Shown: piece after piece, positions 40,701 through 53,786 of the stretch | Numbering within the stretch: the stretch's first letter is position 1 | Layout of the letters: every line of letters begins with the position of its first letter | NCBI GenBank assembly: GCA_037447605.1 | Contig: CM074806.1 | Span: 3,410,001-3,474,000 of the forward strand | Direction: 5' to 3' | From: Zygnema circumcarinatum SAG 698-1b | Lineage: Eukaryota; Plantae; Zygnematophyceae | DNA: 64,000 bases | Program-made: the position numbers and the translations under genes | Notes under the pieces: generated by a model | Databases searched by the model: none | The model's input: the letters and a program-made list of their open reading frames with translations, nothing else | What the model was told of the DNA's origin: nothing

Positions 40701-43700
40701 AACTGGAAAATCCGTTTCTCGTCCAATTCAAGTTGGATCAAAAAATTCTGAACAAAAACGCTTCCTTCAAATGAACAAATTCAAAAGACGTATTCACCCG
40801 ATGCCGGTTGGCAGCTTGAACACAGCCATTTCCCCGTGGGAACATCTGCCAATCCCACGCAATCGAGGTGAAACGCTCGTTTGCAGGGCACGCCATCGCA
40901 CATGAGAAGTGTGCCCCCATCGCCACACTGAAAGCATTCCGAATCACTAATATCTCCAGCCTCTGCGTCCTCTGAGATAGCTGGAAATCGCATGTCCTCT
41001 TCGACTTGACTCTCCATATATTCGAGAATGTTGCCCAGAATCGCTTGCACCTGAATCATAGCACTCGTCCATCATCACGTCTAAGAACCCAGGAAGTTCC
41101 TTTATTTATGGCAAAATCACTAAAGAAGGCTTTTGACATACAAAATGGTCCACAACGCAGCAATTTATGAGATTAGTTGCCCAGTATTCAAAACTAGGCG
41201 CTATTTCACAGAACCGTTATTATAAACTGTCTCAACGCAGCAAGTTGTAGATTATCCAGATATCTCGTGGCCAAGAAATCCACAAAAATAAGGTGAATCC
41301 GCATAATCTCTCCCCTTATTGAATGGCCCAGTGCTAGACTTGTTCTACCTGAATTCGCACGCTTCTTTTTGCAATTACCGCACAAATACAGTGTAAAGTG
41401 AATTCAATAATTCGAAAATGCGCATTCCACTAGAAAACTTTGTTTCCCCCAGAACTAGGATCCACCTGGAAAGCCCGTGGCAGAAAGAGTGGAATACCTT
41501 GAGAGCAGCAGAATGGCGCCTGACTGCATCCTTTGCGCCCTGCAAAGACCCGTTCCATCAAGACATTGAGTTGTGCCTACAAAATGCCATCTCTAACCGC
41601 TGCAGCATCACTACTCAGCAAACCGTTTAACGGTTTCTCTCTTCCTTGATGGGCTCTAAAAATGGGTATAGCCATCTGTTCAACTGACAGGGAGCCCAGC
41701 TCTTGACGAACTCAGTTCTTACTAGTTCCTCCATTAAGTGTCTGGCATCCGTGCATATTTCTCAGTTTCTTTAAAGCAGTAGTGACGCTCAAAAATAGGA
41801 AAAGTAGTTCGATTCATCCAAGCCAAAGGGTTTCTTCAGCTGAAGAACTTGGGAAAGGCAAATAAGGTGGAACTACACCTGTGGGAAAGAAATGGAACCA
41901 ATCTCCATTTCCAATGCCTGGACTGCAGCATTGATCTGTTGCAGGCACAGAAAGGGCACAAAGGAAGAACAAAGAAAATGAGAGCGTATACACATACTTG
42001 TCTTCATGTAACAGCGGAAACTTCCTCCACTATTGTTGGACCTCTTTCCGCTGAAGCAGCAAAACTACGTTAGAAAAACTCCATTTAACTTCTATTTGAT
42101 ATGTCTATCATATGAGTTGTACAAGCACCTTTAGGACGAACAATACAACAAGGAAATACACCGTCTTTATGAAAGCAAGATGCTTAAGAGGGGACTAGAG
42201 AAGTTTGCTTTTATCTATCTGACAGTTCAATTGAATTTGACTTCACTCGCACATGTCTGCAGTACTTGCAAAAGCCAGACAGTCTATTTCCTGCAATAGA
42301 AAGAAAAAAAAGCTTTTCATTCTAAGATCGGCTTCAGAAGGAAAGGAGAAATAGTTTGGTCTCTCGTTGCCCTGAAAGAGAAGTATCAAAACTAGCGGGA
42401 CGTACGTGTTGCATTAATTAGCACCGAAAGTACAAACTCAAGAAGTAACTCTCTCATATAGCGGTTACTATTGTGGAGTCTGGGCATCAACTTGGTCTGA
42501 CATACTCTCAGCACCTCTCTGTTACATTCCACTTTTCTTCTACGTGAAAAAAACGGAAAGGCTGCGAGATACAGAATTAAGAACTCAAAAAATAAGGGCA
42601 CACGGGAAGCTCCATAAGTCTTACCTGTAGGCTCAACGATTGGAACCTTTCTGAGCCTTTTAGCAGACGCTGTGCTAGATGGAGCTTAAGCCGCAGAATC
42701 TCAACTATTCGCGCCTCATGGGCTGCCTCCAAGATCTCTCGAATGGACCTGTTCAATGCAATGCAGACTTCAGGATGTGCATGGGTAAGGCCAAATATAC
42801 ATGTGGAAAATAATACGACTATGACGCATCGCCATCATTGAGTACAAGTACAATGCAGATGTACTTCTTTAAACCTATTTTAGAAGAAGATGCTAAAGGC
42901 TATAAGGATCATCGGTTGCATAAGGAGCCTCCAGTTCCGAGATCACCAAATGGTTCGAGGCAACCTAAGTTTCCCTAGACTTTCCACTTTCCTCTCCATT
43001 CCCACCCCGACCACCCCTTTCCACCATCAGTAATGAGAGCAATATACCTATACAACCTATTGCTTTTGCCTTCCATAGGGCATCTACGGCAGTGATTAGC
43101 ATCAGGTTTGACGAGTCAATGCGGCAGAAATGCATGGACACCTGCCGTCTTGGACCAAAGTAAAACAAAATCACTGTATCCAGCGAATAAGAAGCCCTGT
43201 TATCGCAAATACATCAGCAACCAGAACTGCTATATAAATTTCCAAAAAATTGATTTATTCAGTTAGTAACCATCGCCCTCTTTCAAAGATCGTATGATAA
43301 CAAAATCGCACTAACCAGAAGTAGCAGAGAATTTCGGCACTATCCCTACGTCCACACCTGAGCAGGCTGACAGTTGTTCCACAAGCCCCACAGCGATAAC
43401 TCGCGTCCAATGTAAGAGGGCGCCCTTCAACGTGAGCCGAAACACCTGCAAGCTGGCGGTTGCACGCACACTCCAAATGGACCCAAAGTCTGCATCCTGA
43501 TTTTGGACATCGAATCCATTCCCCCGAGCCATCTTTGGTTCCGCTTGACTGAAAACAACAAGCACAATAGGCAGTAATAAAGGGTTAAGGGTGCAAATCA
43601 AAGAGGGTGGCATACAGGTCTTCACATCATTATCGCCAGCAGTATCTGCAAAACATCCTAGAAGTGCTGGTGTTCTCAGTCTCAGAAAGATCGCCGTTGT

Positions 43701-45806
43701 TCTTAGCACACCTTTTCCATAGATAAACACCTGACCCTTATCAACAACATTAAATACCGACAGTTAACATCAGCAATACGGACGAAAGTTCACCTATGCT
43801 GGTCACAGAAACCATGCACGCCTTTCAATACCACCAATGATTTCGCAACTAATTCAGGTAAACTGCCTAGCTCACTTGCTTGCTCTTGTTCAGCATTATG
43901 TATTTCAGATACAGTCATTTCGAGGAAAGCGCTCGGCTTAGTATATCCAGCTCCTGAAGAAACAGCTTAGATTAGTAACTTACTTGATTGCAAACATAAC
44001 AGTCGCAATTGGTACAGAACTCTTCATCTTCTGCTAATACCCGTCCACAACCTGAAGGACATATGCCATGGGGATAGTGTGACTCGTCTTGCACTCGCAT
44101 CACTCGATGCAACATTTCTGTGTCTTGCATCTTGTTCCTAATTCTTGCACGCTGCCTTCGAAGGGCCTCCATGCCTGATGGAGTAGGAGGGAGGGACTCA
44201 GATAGAGGAGAACCCCTCGAATCCAAGGAGATATTTCCACCAGTTCCTGAGCGAACATAGCCAGACACACTTAACTTTTGCTTGCCGTTTGTTCGGTTGC
44301 CACGAGAATTCATGTCCATACTTCCATACATTCCTATTACATGGGAAAGCGATCCAGATGACTTTAGCTTCTCGTGACCGCTCACTACAGGAGATGTCCC
44401 CATTTCATTAGCCTCATAGCCTGGTACAGTCTGTTCTCCTTCGAGAACTGCTCCTTGAGCTGTCCAATCACCTGTCCTGACAGTCCCAGCATTGAACGCC
44501 ATTCGCTGATTGTTCATAGGTGGATCTTCAGGATAGACCCATTGGTTACTCATGCCCATTGATCTAGGACCCGCCATCACATCATACACATGATTGGAAG
44601 GACTGCTTGAATACAGCTGGGATGCCATGTCCACATCTACTTGATTCATAAGAGTATAAGCGCCATTCATCGTCATCACATCTCCACCTCCCTCTTCCTC
44701 TGCAGAAGTCTCATACTCCTCGGAGCCAACTCCTGGCGACTCTGAGCTCGCTCCTTGAGTTATCGGAAAACCGCCAACATGGTAGCCACTCTCCTGGTCA
44801 GGTTTCAGATGAGACAACCTGGGAGCCCGCTGGTTGTATGGACCTTTCCCTGCAAACACCTGCATACCGCTCAATGCACGTCTATAAGTGTGATTGAAAG
44901 GCTTCAAGCACAAGCTTGCTGCTGATCCAGAGAAACAGTTAACATTTTGCTTGTAGAGAATGTCGCAATAATCATAACATGTACTAGCAAGCAATGATCG
45001 AAGATCATACCTTAAATAGCCGGCTCATAAGGTGCAGCTTGCTGAGTTTGTGTTTCACATAATTCATGCCAGTCTCCTGCCTCAACATCTCACATATATC
45101 CAAATTGCTCAGGTTGTGAAGCATTTTTGTACTGTGCCAATCTCCATTGGCTGCAAATCGAACCAGCCCCCCTTGCCTCTTCGGTCAGGGAAAGGCTTCA
45201 AGCCAAGAAGTAGGTCAATGCAACTTACGGACATGCTCTGCGGGGTGCTCATGGACAATTTTTTATGGAAGGCACCAACTTTGGAGGATGTCGCCACTAA
45301 ACTAAGTTTAAGAATAGTATCGGCGGTAAACCACAAAAAAGAATTTTTAATGGTTACAGATACGTCACACTGTCATTCCAAAAACGATACACTAAAAACT
45401 CTTGCGCGCTCCAAAGATAGAGTCCTTCAAACTATTTCCAAGACCAGATTCATATGCTTGCCTCAATAACGAGCCATTTACTTTATAGGTGTGTCTAAAA
45501 TAAAGTTCAGGAAAAGCATTCCTGGTATGAGGTTCAGGCACAGCAGCTCAGACCTGCAGCAACGATGACATGCCTAGGGGGGAAAACTCCCATTCCAGCA
45601 GCAGCTGCCCTTCTCCTTTTCTTCCCTTTCTTCGCTTTCCTTAAATCCTCTGTGTCCGCAGGAGTCCTCTTCGCCATGGCTGCCTGGTAAGTAGGGACCT
45701 TCACAACAGCTGGCGCATTCTCTGTTCTCACTACTGCCGCTTCCTGCTGAGCCGTGGAACCACCCATGGCTGCTCGCCGCTTAGCAGCTCCTGTCAGGGA
45801 GGTCAT
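37785..45806 (-). CDS. VIN3/VRN5-like (VEL family) PRC2 accessory protein: VIN3-type zinc finger/PHD, four-helix bundle, an extra canonical PHD, FNIII and C-terminal VEL domain. Recognised exons include 45554-45806, 43984-44849, 43358-43548, 42625-42748, 41879-41935, 40798-41050, 40402-40523, ~39920-40070, 37785-38168; some internal exons unresolved
   Basis: EEFCTNCDCYVC / EWIRCPKSGCRLWVHLECA...LDASYRCGACG; EILRLKLHLAQRLLKGSERF; LQFADIRPTSVVVKW...GLEPGTVYVFKV; IRQLMQEGHM...KLVSWLTVHA...VTVFIEAL..DLPSLAEQLIDAFSEA (VEL). Confidence 0.88.
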
Positions 45807-47789
45807 CCACTTACTCCGACTGGAACAAGATATCCGCAGTCCTTCAAGTTAATGCTGAGTTCCTTGAACAGGAACCTATTCATTTCCATCTGCGATAAGA
45901 CACAACGACTTCATACAGCCATGAGGCACTAGCATTGGGGCAGGTACTCTATCCCCCTGGCAGCAGCATCTGCCTTGATCACCTCCGTCCCAAGAAGACG
46001 ATGTATTGCTATATGTGCGAGCCCCCTCCTGCAGCAGCGCAGCAGTCCATTGCCACTCGCCTCGCCTCAGTCAACCACTGTGCAGGCTTCGGCGCTCCGC
46101 CGCTTCAGCCATCGACCAAAAAATTTAAGGGGTGGGTCCACTTTCCCACGTCCCAGGCGGAAACTTTCTGACGCCATACGCCTCCCGCGCTTACAAGGCT
46201 GCCCTCAGCAAGTTTGTGAAGGAAAACCTCACTTGAAGGTTTGGGAAACGTTGGAATTAATTATATTTTACTAGAGACCAATTACGCGACGCCACGTAGT
46301 CCGAGATCTTATTAATGCACAAGCTCCTGCCTTTTTGCTCCAAACCAAATGCGAGTTTTGGTTTTTTTCAAAAACCGAGATTTTTACTGCCAACAGTCCT
46401 GGTTTGAAAACTGCAAACCGAGTTTGCGAAACGCAACGAAGCCCCCTAAACATTTTTTTTCTTCATTTTTTTTCTGTTCACTGATTCAAAGTGTACGTAT
46501 TCCGCATTACCGATCTGCACAGTACTTGTTCCGATCGCACTCTCGCTTCAAAGGATCGCGCAAAACGACAGCACTCGGGCAGATTAAAAAAAAAACTATC
46601 CGAACGCGAGTCGCGTATTTTCTCCCGGCGGGCAGCGCCGTGCGCGCTTCCGATTGGCCAAAGCCCCGCCTTCGCCGGAAATGAAGCGGCGGCGCCGGCG
46701 ATCGGCGGGCGGCCGGCAGGCGGCCGCGCCGCCGGGCTGTGGGCGCGATCCGACCGTTCATTTGGACGGTGAGATGGGCGCGGCGGCGGCCCCCGGCCCT
46801 GCATGGCAGGCCGCCCGGCGGTGCCTGCCGGGGAGGGACCGGCGGGGTCGCGGCCGGTCGGCGAGCTTGGGCCAGCACGAGTGTGGGTCGAAGGGAGCAC
46901 AGCAAAAAGAGCAAAGCAAAGCTGCCGTACTGAGAGGGAAGAAAGGAGTCAAAAGCGTCTCTACTGACGCCGTCTCACTGATATATTGAATCCCAAAGGA
47001 CGGGATGGACAGGCAGACACAAGGTGATTACATGAAGGTAACATGAACAATGGACAGTGTTCAACACGAGATTGCACGGTTTAGTCTCATGCCTCCGAGG
47101 TCAAATAGCCATTTCTTGGAATAGTCTGACTGAGGCTTCACTGCACAGATTTCGACAGGAGAGGTGATTGTCTACGACAACTGAACCAGAAAGGTCAGCC
47201 AGTGAGCTGACGAGAATGGAGTAACCTACAGCTGGAACAGAGTAACAATAAATTGGCCTTTCGGACCCCGAGCAAAGCCCAACAGTAACTACCGAGGTTC
47301 TTCGTCACTATACATCACTTTTGCCCCGCCCGTCCCACCGCCACCGCCGCCTCCTTTCTTCCCACTGGAACTGGAACGGATGAATGAGATCTAAAAGGAC
47401 CGACCAAAAAAGGAACAAACCTGCCCGTACTATACCCTCAATTCAAGAGTCTCCGCTTTAGGACACCAAGGGCCTCCTGACATAAACTAAAGAAAGAGTG
47501 CTTTTCTCCCCTACACAAGAAAGTGAATTCCACGAACTACAAGACCGCCGAGACTTCCCCACCTCTTTCAATTACCCTATAGCCAGGCGCAAATGTACAG
47601 GAAGAAAGGAAGGTTTGGCGACAGAGCCTGCACATTGCCTCCCAACCAGATGACTCCACTCCTACTCAATGCGTTTGTATGCTCATCTCCCGCTCTTCTC
47701 CGGTTGTGCAGAAGGGAATGATGCTGTCATTCTCATGTAGAGCGCCTTCAACAGGAGCAAGTGGCTCCACGTAAAACCAAACGATCCAT

Positions 47790-50700
47790 CTAGATCCTCG
47801 ATGACGATGCTGCCGCAAGTTTTGATTTGAGATCTACGACCACAACACTAATGTTATCGCCACTCCCCCTCGCTAAGGCCAACTTGGTCAGCACCGTTGC
47901 AGCCACAGCTGCGCCCGGCCCCTCCATCTCTTCCGCGTCCACACTCGCAGACGAGCCTTCACCACCTGAGCTCAACCCGTGTTGTTTGGCGAGGCAGCGT
48001 CGAGCGATGTCGCATGCAGATTCATTGGACATAACATCCCACAACCCGTCGCTGGCTAAAATTATGCACTCATCATCCTCCGTTCTCTCTGTAAATGTCA
48101 CTTCAGGTACAGCAATAACATAAGGCTTTAAATATCTGTCCCCTGCAATGCCAGGAACCCATCCACAGCATTTAGTCAGGCACAGTCCCTTGAGTTGTGC
48201 CTTCACGAGTAGAAAACTCATACAATATCCATCTATCACCGTCAGACCTTTCAGGAAGTTTTTTCTAAAAAAAAAAAAATGACCATCATCTCCATTGCAT
48301 TGAGTAAAAATCTATCACAGCCTTACAGCAACGTCATGCTGGAAGCAAATGCAAGGGGACTTCTCTTACAATAAACATACACAAGCTATATATGTTCTTC
48401 ACGGCTAGGATCTGCAGCACTTACCAATTGCTCTGGACATGGCTAAGACACCCAGAACGCGATATCCATTCCAAAAAATGACTCGCCCGCCTGCTGCCTC
48501 CACCCTCCTCATCTCATCTTCGCGTTCCGGCTGTTCAACAAGGGTAAACGATGCAAGTTTCACCTTCAGTCATCATATTCCCCGTACAGAGGATAGAAAC
48601 GCAAAAATTCAAAATGGGGTCTATTTCCGAGTTTTATTAACTCTGGTTGCCATATAACAAGTTCATAAAATGAAACAATAACTTACACCAATGGATATCG
48701 AAATAAAATTGATGTGTCTAAACATAAACAGCTGAAGATCAAGCTCACAACATTGTTGGAACCCTAAGGAGCAGTATAATATTGCATACACTAATCAAGA
48801 CACTTCCAACTGCTGAACCGGCGTACTCATACTCATCATATTCGAACGGCATGGAAGGCATTGAAGCATCAACACACCTTATGATCTATAGAGAGTGGGA
48901 ATGCTCTCCCTCCCCTTGACAGCACAGCTCGAGAATCTCCAGCGTTAGCAACAATAATTTGTGAAACTCCGACGACCGCCACAACTGAAGTTGATCCAAC
49001 GGTCTCAGGGGCAATAGGCTCATGCTGGCATCGACTGCCTTTCTCACACGCGCCCGGCGGATAGCAGTGACCACTTATCTCAGCGTCCATTCTGAGAAAA
49101 GATGATGTCATGGCTTTGCGCCAGTGACTCTCCATAGGAAACTTTTCGTTGGTTGATGACTGGGCTAACGACTGCTTCAGCTCTTTGGTCAAAACGTTAT
49201 GTAGTCTCTCCGCGCAATAAATGGCAGCCTGTTATCAACCGAAAACACGATTCATCAACACACGACTTTTGGCATGCAGTTGGCATCGTTGTCTGAATTA
49301 AAATAAAACACCAAACAGAAAGGAAACAAAAACGAAACATAACATGAATGCAGTCCAAACAGATAACACGGTGAAAAGCCAACCCAATCAAAGTCGCCCA
49401 TCACAGACACCCTTTTTACCCTCTTGATTTCAAAGTGATGGCACTCCAAAAAACAGAAAAGTAGATAGTATGGATTAAGGTGATCAGATATCAAAAAAAC
49501 AAAATCACGATAACGAGCTTTCAGACAATTTACACGAACTTCGAAAGAATTTTCCTTCTGTGAAAGACTCAGGAGTGCAGTGCAGGAGAGTTAACGACAC
49601 TGTGCAGAAGAATCAGTGCAATAACGTGAATCACAACTATAGGATTCACGGGGAAACAAGAGAAGGTCCACTTTGAATAGGCATAATAATGAACGGCGAT
49701 GAGCCCAGACAAGATTTAAATAACTCCGACCAAAAAAGAAAACAAAGCATAGACAATGTACAAGAAGTGCAGCAATAAACACTAACTAGCACACGCTTTG
49801 GGGCAAGGGCCACAAAAGACAACTCTAGAATCCACCAGAGGAAGCAACCAAAAGCAAGAACCACCTACTCGACCTGGCTTCTCATACGAAAAACAAATAT
49901 TTGGTTGAAAATGGACCTGTGAATTCCCCCACACCACGTTCCATGCTGACGTACTCTGAAGCTAGAATATAACATTTTCTAATTTGCGCTGGTTTTGAAA
50001 ATTCAATTGTGATGACTGTGCATTACTGAGCGTCTGTGTATTTTCGGTCTTGCTTTGCAGGAATCAATACAGAATATGGACCTCCTCCCCGCCCTCTCTT
50101 TCTCCATCCCCAAGGCCAGCCTAGGAGTATTTAAAAAAAAAAAAAAAAAAGGGGGGGTCGTACAACAGCCTCTTCCAACTGAGCATCCTGTCTGCACCTT
50201 ACTATACGAGAACTCACCTGGCTGCCACCGTGACCATCATAAACTGCAAAGAAGTGGAGCTGGCAATTATTGCCTTCTCCACCACCTCCAGCTTTGCAGC
50301 CCACATCACTCCCACACGGGACTGTCGTGAAGGTCGGAACGATCGCTACAGCATCCTCCATTTCACGCCGACGGCCACAAAGGGACAAAGTGCCATGTGA
50401 TGGGCACTCGTCTGCGGCAAAGTCATCAACCCTTCCACTAACGCACGTACTCACGATTGGCACATGCTCAGCAGCAGCCGAAACAGTTTCATCCATAGGG
50501 CTTGATGTTGGAGCCATCGCAGGAAAAGTATTTCCTTGCACCATATCTATATCTACAACACTGGCTTGCCGCAATATGCTTGAAATTGTCTGAGGAACAT
50601 CAATGACTTCATCACCTTCAACATCCCTGCTCGATGCGCCTTCACTGCTGGAGGTGCTACCACTACTGCTGCTACTGCTGCTGCTCAAATCGTCGCCGTT

Positions 50701-51749
50701 AGCGACAACTCTGTGCCTTCGGAATCTATTCTTTGACGACCTTGTCCCATCAGCCTTTCTTTTTGTGACAGCCTCTAATCCAGAAACAACTTGTGAATCA
50801 GAAAATTGCCCATCAGCGAAAGGTTGTGGCTCCAGCATCGACCCAATACCCGAGTCAATTGCCATATCTACTCTACCAAAGATGTTAGGGTCGTTGATAA
50901 GGCAGTTCGGAGGAGATTTTGAGAAGGGCACATCCGTTTCCTCTATGGACAATGACTCTGATGCGACGAGCCGTGAACGCTTATTGTTGACGTGCCCAGA
51001 AAGAGCCCCGCTGCAGTAGCAAGGCAAACGTTTTAGTCGCAAAATCATTTTTACAGCAAGCCATCAGCTTATCCCGCCCATACAATCCACCCATGAAAAT
51101 GCGCAACAACAGAATTGTGTATGGCAAAAACAAACATCGCCACTAGCTAGAAAGACTACAAGAGTAACCCTAATTTACTGGCAAAGAAAACACATAGGAG
51201 ATCAGAGAACGTGAACATCCCATTCACCAAAATGAAGCAACTAGAAGTATAGCAAAACGTGCAAAACAAAGTAGCTGTAACTTCCCGGATTCAACCAAAA
51301 TGGCAGAGGAAGTGGCTTTCACTAGCGTATCAATATGCGTTCAGCGTGTTCCAGCTACAGGAGCATAACTCTTTCTAAAACTTTAACCAAAGTGAATGGT
51401 GATCAAATGGAAACACAAAAAGAGCTTGGCGGATGCAGATATTTTTTTCCTCTAACGAAAGAAATTCACTGATTGCCACAGACGTCCAAGCTAATGGTCC
51501 TCTGCAGAACCGCAGAACTTCAGCAACTGTGACCTCGAATACACGTCCTGGTGCGGAGCAGAGTTATAACCACAACTAGCTTTAGAATTACCTGCAGTTT
51601 AACATTTTTGAACGTCGGAGCTCCATCCTCCTCCTCCTTGCCGCTATGGAACTTATCGGCTCAACAGGGCCAGGGGAAAGCTCGACGAATACAGCAGGAG
51701 TTGAAGGCGCCACGGGGAGAATCGTGTCTACTGTCGCCATGGCTTCCAT
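47790..51749 (-). CDS. Clade A protein phosphatase 2C (ABI1/HAB/AHG3/HAI-like). Exons 51592-51749, 50218-51010, 48878-49228, 48425-48530, 47790-48142
   Basis: [11 protein letters not shown]-terminal motif, [95 protein letters not shown]. Confidence 0.95.
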
Positions 51750-52043
51750 GGGCAAAGAGCTGTCAGCAAGAACTAGAGAAAGTCTAGCGAAAGGAAACCC
51801 TACCAACCGGAATCTGCAATTATAACTTATCTAACTTATTCTCCTCGCTTCACTCACCTAATTCTTATGACTCCCATACACACATTTGCACAATATTTCG
51901 CCTAATCGGTTGCTGTTTCAATCTTGTCTATCATGTGCCTGCATTTCCCTCCTTCCAGGCCTCTCCCCCTCCTCAGAAGCGCGCGCAACCTAACTCCACT
52001 TGCCAGTTCAACCCTGCTCGGTAGCTCACTGCTTGCAGGGAGG

Positions 52044-52109
52044 GCGATGTGATGTTGTGCCGCGATGTGATGTTGTGCCGCGATGTGATGTTGTGACCGC
52101 GATGTGATG
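52044..52109. repeat. 18-bp tandem repeat GCGATGTGATGTTGTGCC, ~3.6 copies, upstream of the PP2C
   Basis: Seen directly. Confidence 0.9.
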
Positions 52110-52659
52110 CGCGCACGGCCAACATACGCTACCCGTCCGTACACACGTGTCCGCCACATCACCGCCCGTGCCCGTGCCCGCCCGCCGCGCAGGGCGGCTG
52201 CGGATTCGGACATTTTGACGGCTAGCGCACGTCCGCGGGACACCTGGACGCAAGCCCACGCCGCCGCGTGGCTCCGCGGCGAAACCGACAAAGGTCCCTT
52301 TTTGTCGGCGGGCGGCGTGGCGGACCTTGGAGCAGGCCGACAGCGACTTGGGCGGACACAGTACAGTACTAATACTTGATAATGTCAACGCGCGCATGCA
52401 TGCGTCATACCAATGCCCTTGTTGGAATATTTTCCGGTCTGGACCGCGCGCTCACAGCCCGCACGAGGCGGTCAGTCCACGGAAGCGCACTTTGTAGGGC
52501 CGCCGGCAGGCACGCAGCCATGCACAAGCATGCACGAGCGTGCAACATCGGGAAGGAGAGCCCCAAGAAGGGTTTTGGCACTAAGGGGGAAATAAATATG
52601 AAAAATAAAAAAAAAATAAAAATAATAATAATAATAAAAATATAATAATAATAATAAGA

Positions 52660-52737
52660 ATGTGGCGTTGATCTCACGATGGCGATGATGCCATCAAATG
52701 TACATGGACAAAAAATCATCATGGGGAACCACGAGAA
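52660..52737 (+). repeat. ~78-bp dispersed direct repeat, copy 1 (copy 2 at 56941-57013)
   Basis: ATGTGGCGTTGATCTCACGATGGCGA...CCATCAAATGTACATGGAC...GGGAACCACGAGAA; about 4 substitutions and 2 small indels between copies. Confidence 0.88.
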
Positions 52738-53786
52738 ACTGGCCACAAAGGAACTAAGGGCATATAAAAAAACTATGGGCGTATGGGCGGAAATCTACTT
52801 CTAGGTTCAACAATGCGGCCTTAGAAACAGCCGCAAAGGTCGCCGATGATTGTACTCCAATCTTAGAAAACCTCTTGCCTCCCCCTCCTCTTCCCCCTCC
52901 TTTCTGCACGCAGCGACCATTGCACTTGCTGCCGTTGCCTCTGCTGCGGCCATGTGGCACCCACTCGTTTTTTTTTCCTGTGGCGTTTCTCGCTGCATTG
53001 CTCTGTCGTTCTTTTCTGTGTGCCTTTTTGTTTTTTGATTTGTTGTTGTTTTGCCTTGTGGTATTTTCGATCGGCTGGAGGGCCCACTTGCACATACGCA
53101 AGCTTCGCTCCCTATTTCGGTGGGGCGACCGTACGGTCCATCCGTATGGTCGTCCGTGCGGATTTTTCAGCTTTTCACATATTCCAGAGCTCGACAATTT
53201 TCTGATGGTGCGATAGATTTCCCATAGTGCGACAGGTGTGCGATTCTCTTTCTACTGCGTCAGCCTGCGGCATTGCACGTGCGACGTGCGCACGACCACT
53301 GTTCCCATGTCGGTCGCCGCGTGCCCGCCGGCCCGTTCCGCAGTCGTCGCATGGAACCGCTCCGGAAAGCCCTCCGAGAGGGCACTGCACAAAATTTGCA
53401 GGGAGGAGACCCTTTCTTTTTTCGCTCACTATATTTTTTTGATATATTTTTTTTTCCCTTCCGGTCCCCCCTTCCACGTCCCCGCAGGCCCAGCGCTGTT
53501 CGGCGCCACAGGCCGCCGCCTTTATTGCGGCGGCCAGGCGGGGGGGACGTCCGTACGGCCTTGCGTGGACCTGGGGTCGGTTCGAATGATTGGCGGATAC
53601 GTGTCGAGCGCGCCGATCGACAGCACACCTTCAAGCAGCCCGCTAGCGACAAAAGGGTCCGCGTGGCGCCATCCGGTCCCCCGCCCGCCCGTCGTCAGTG
53701 GAGGGACACGATTCCCGCAGTAAGATTTGGACGTCGCCGCGTCGCGACAAACTTGAATTTAAAGACTTTTTTGGATGCATAAGAAA

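Noticed and set aside
52044-52109. Regular short repeats suggestive of CRISPR
   Set aside because: They are head-to-tail tandem units without unique spacers in a eukaryotic context with no cas genes.
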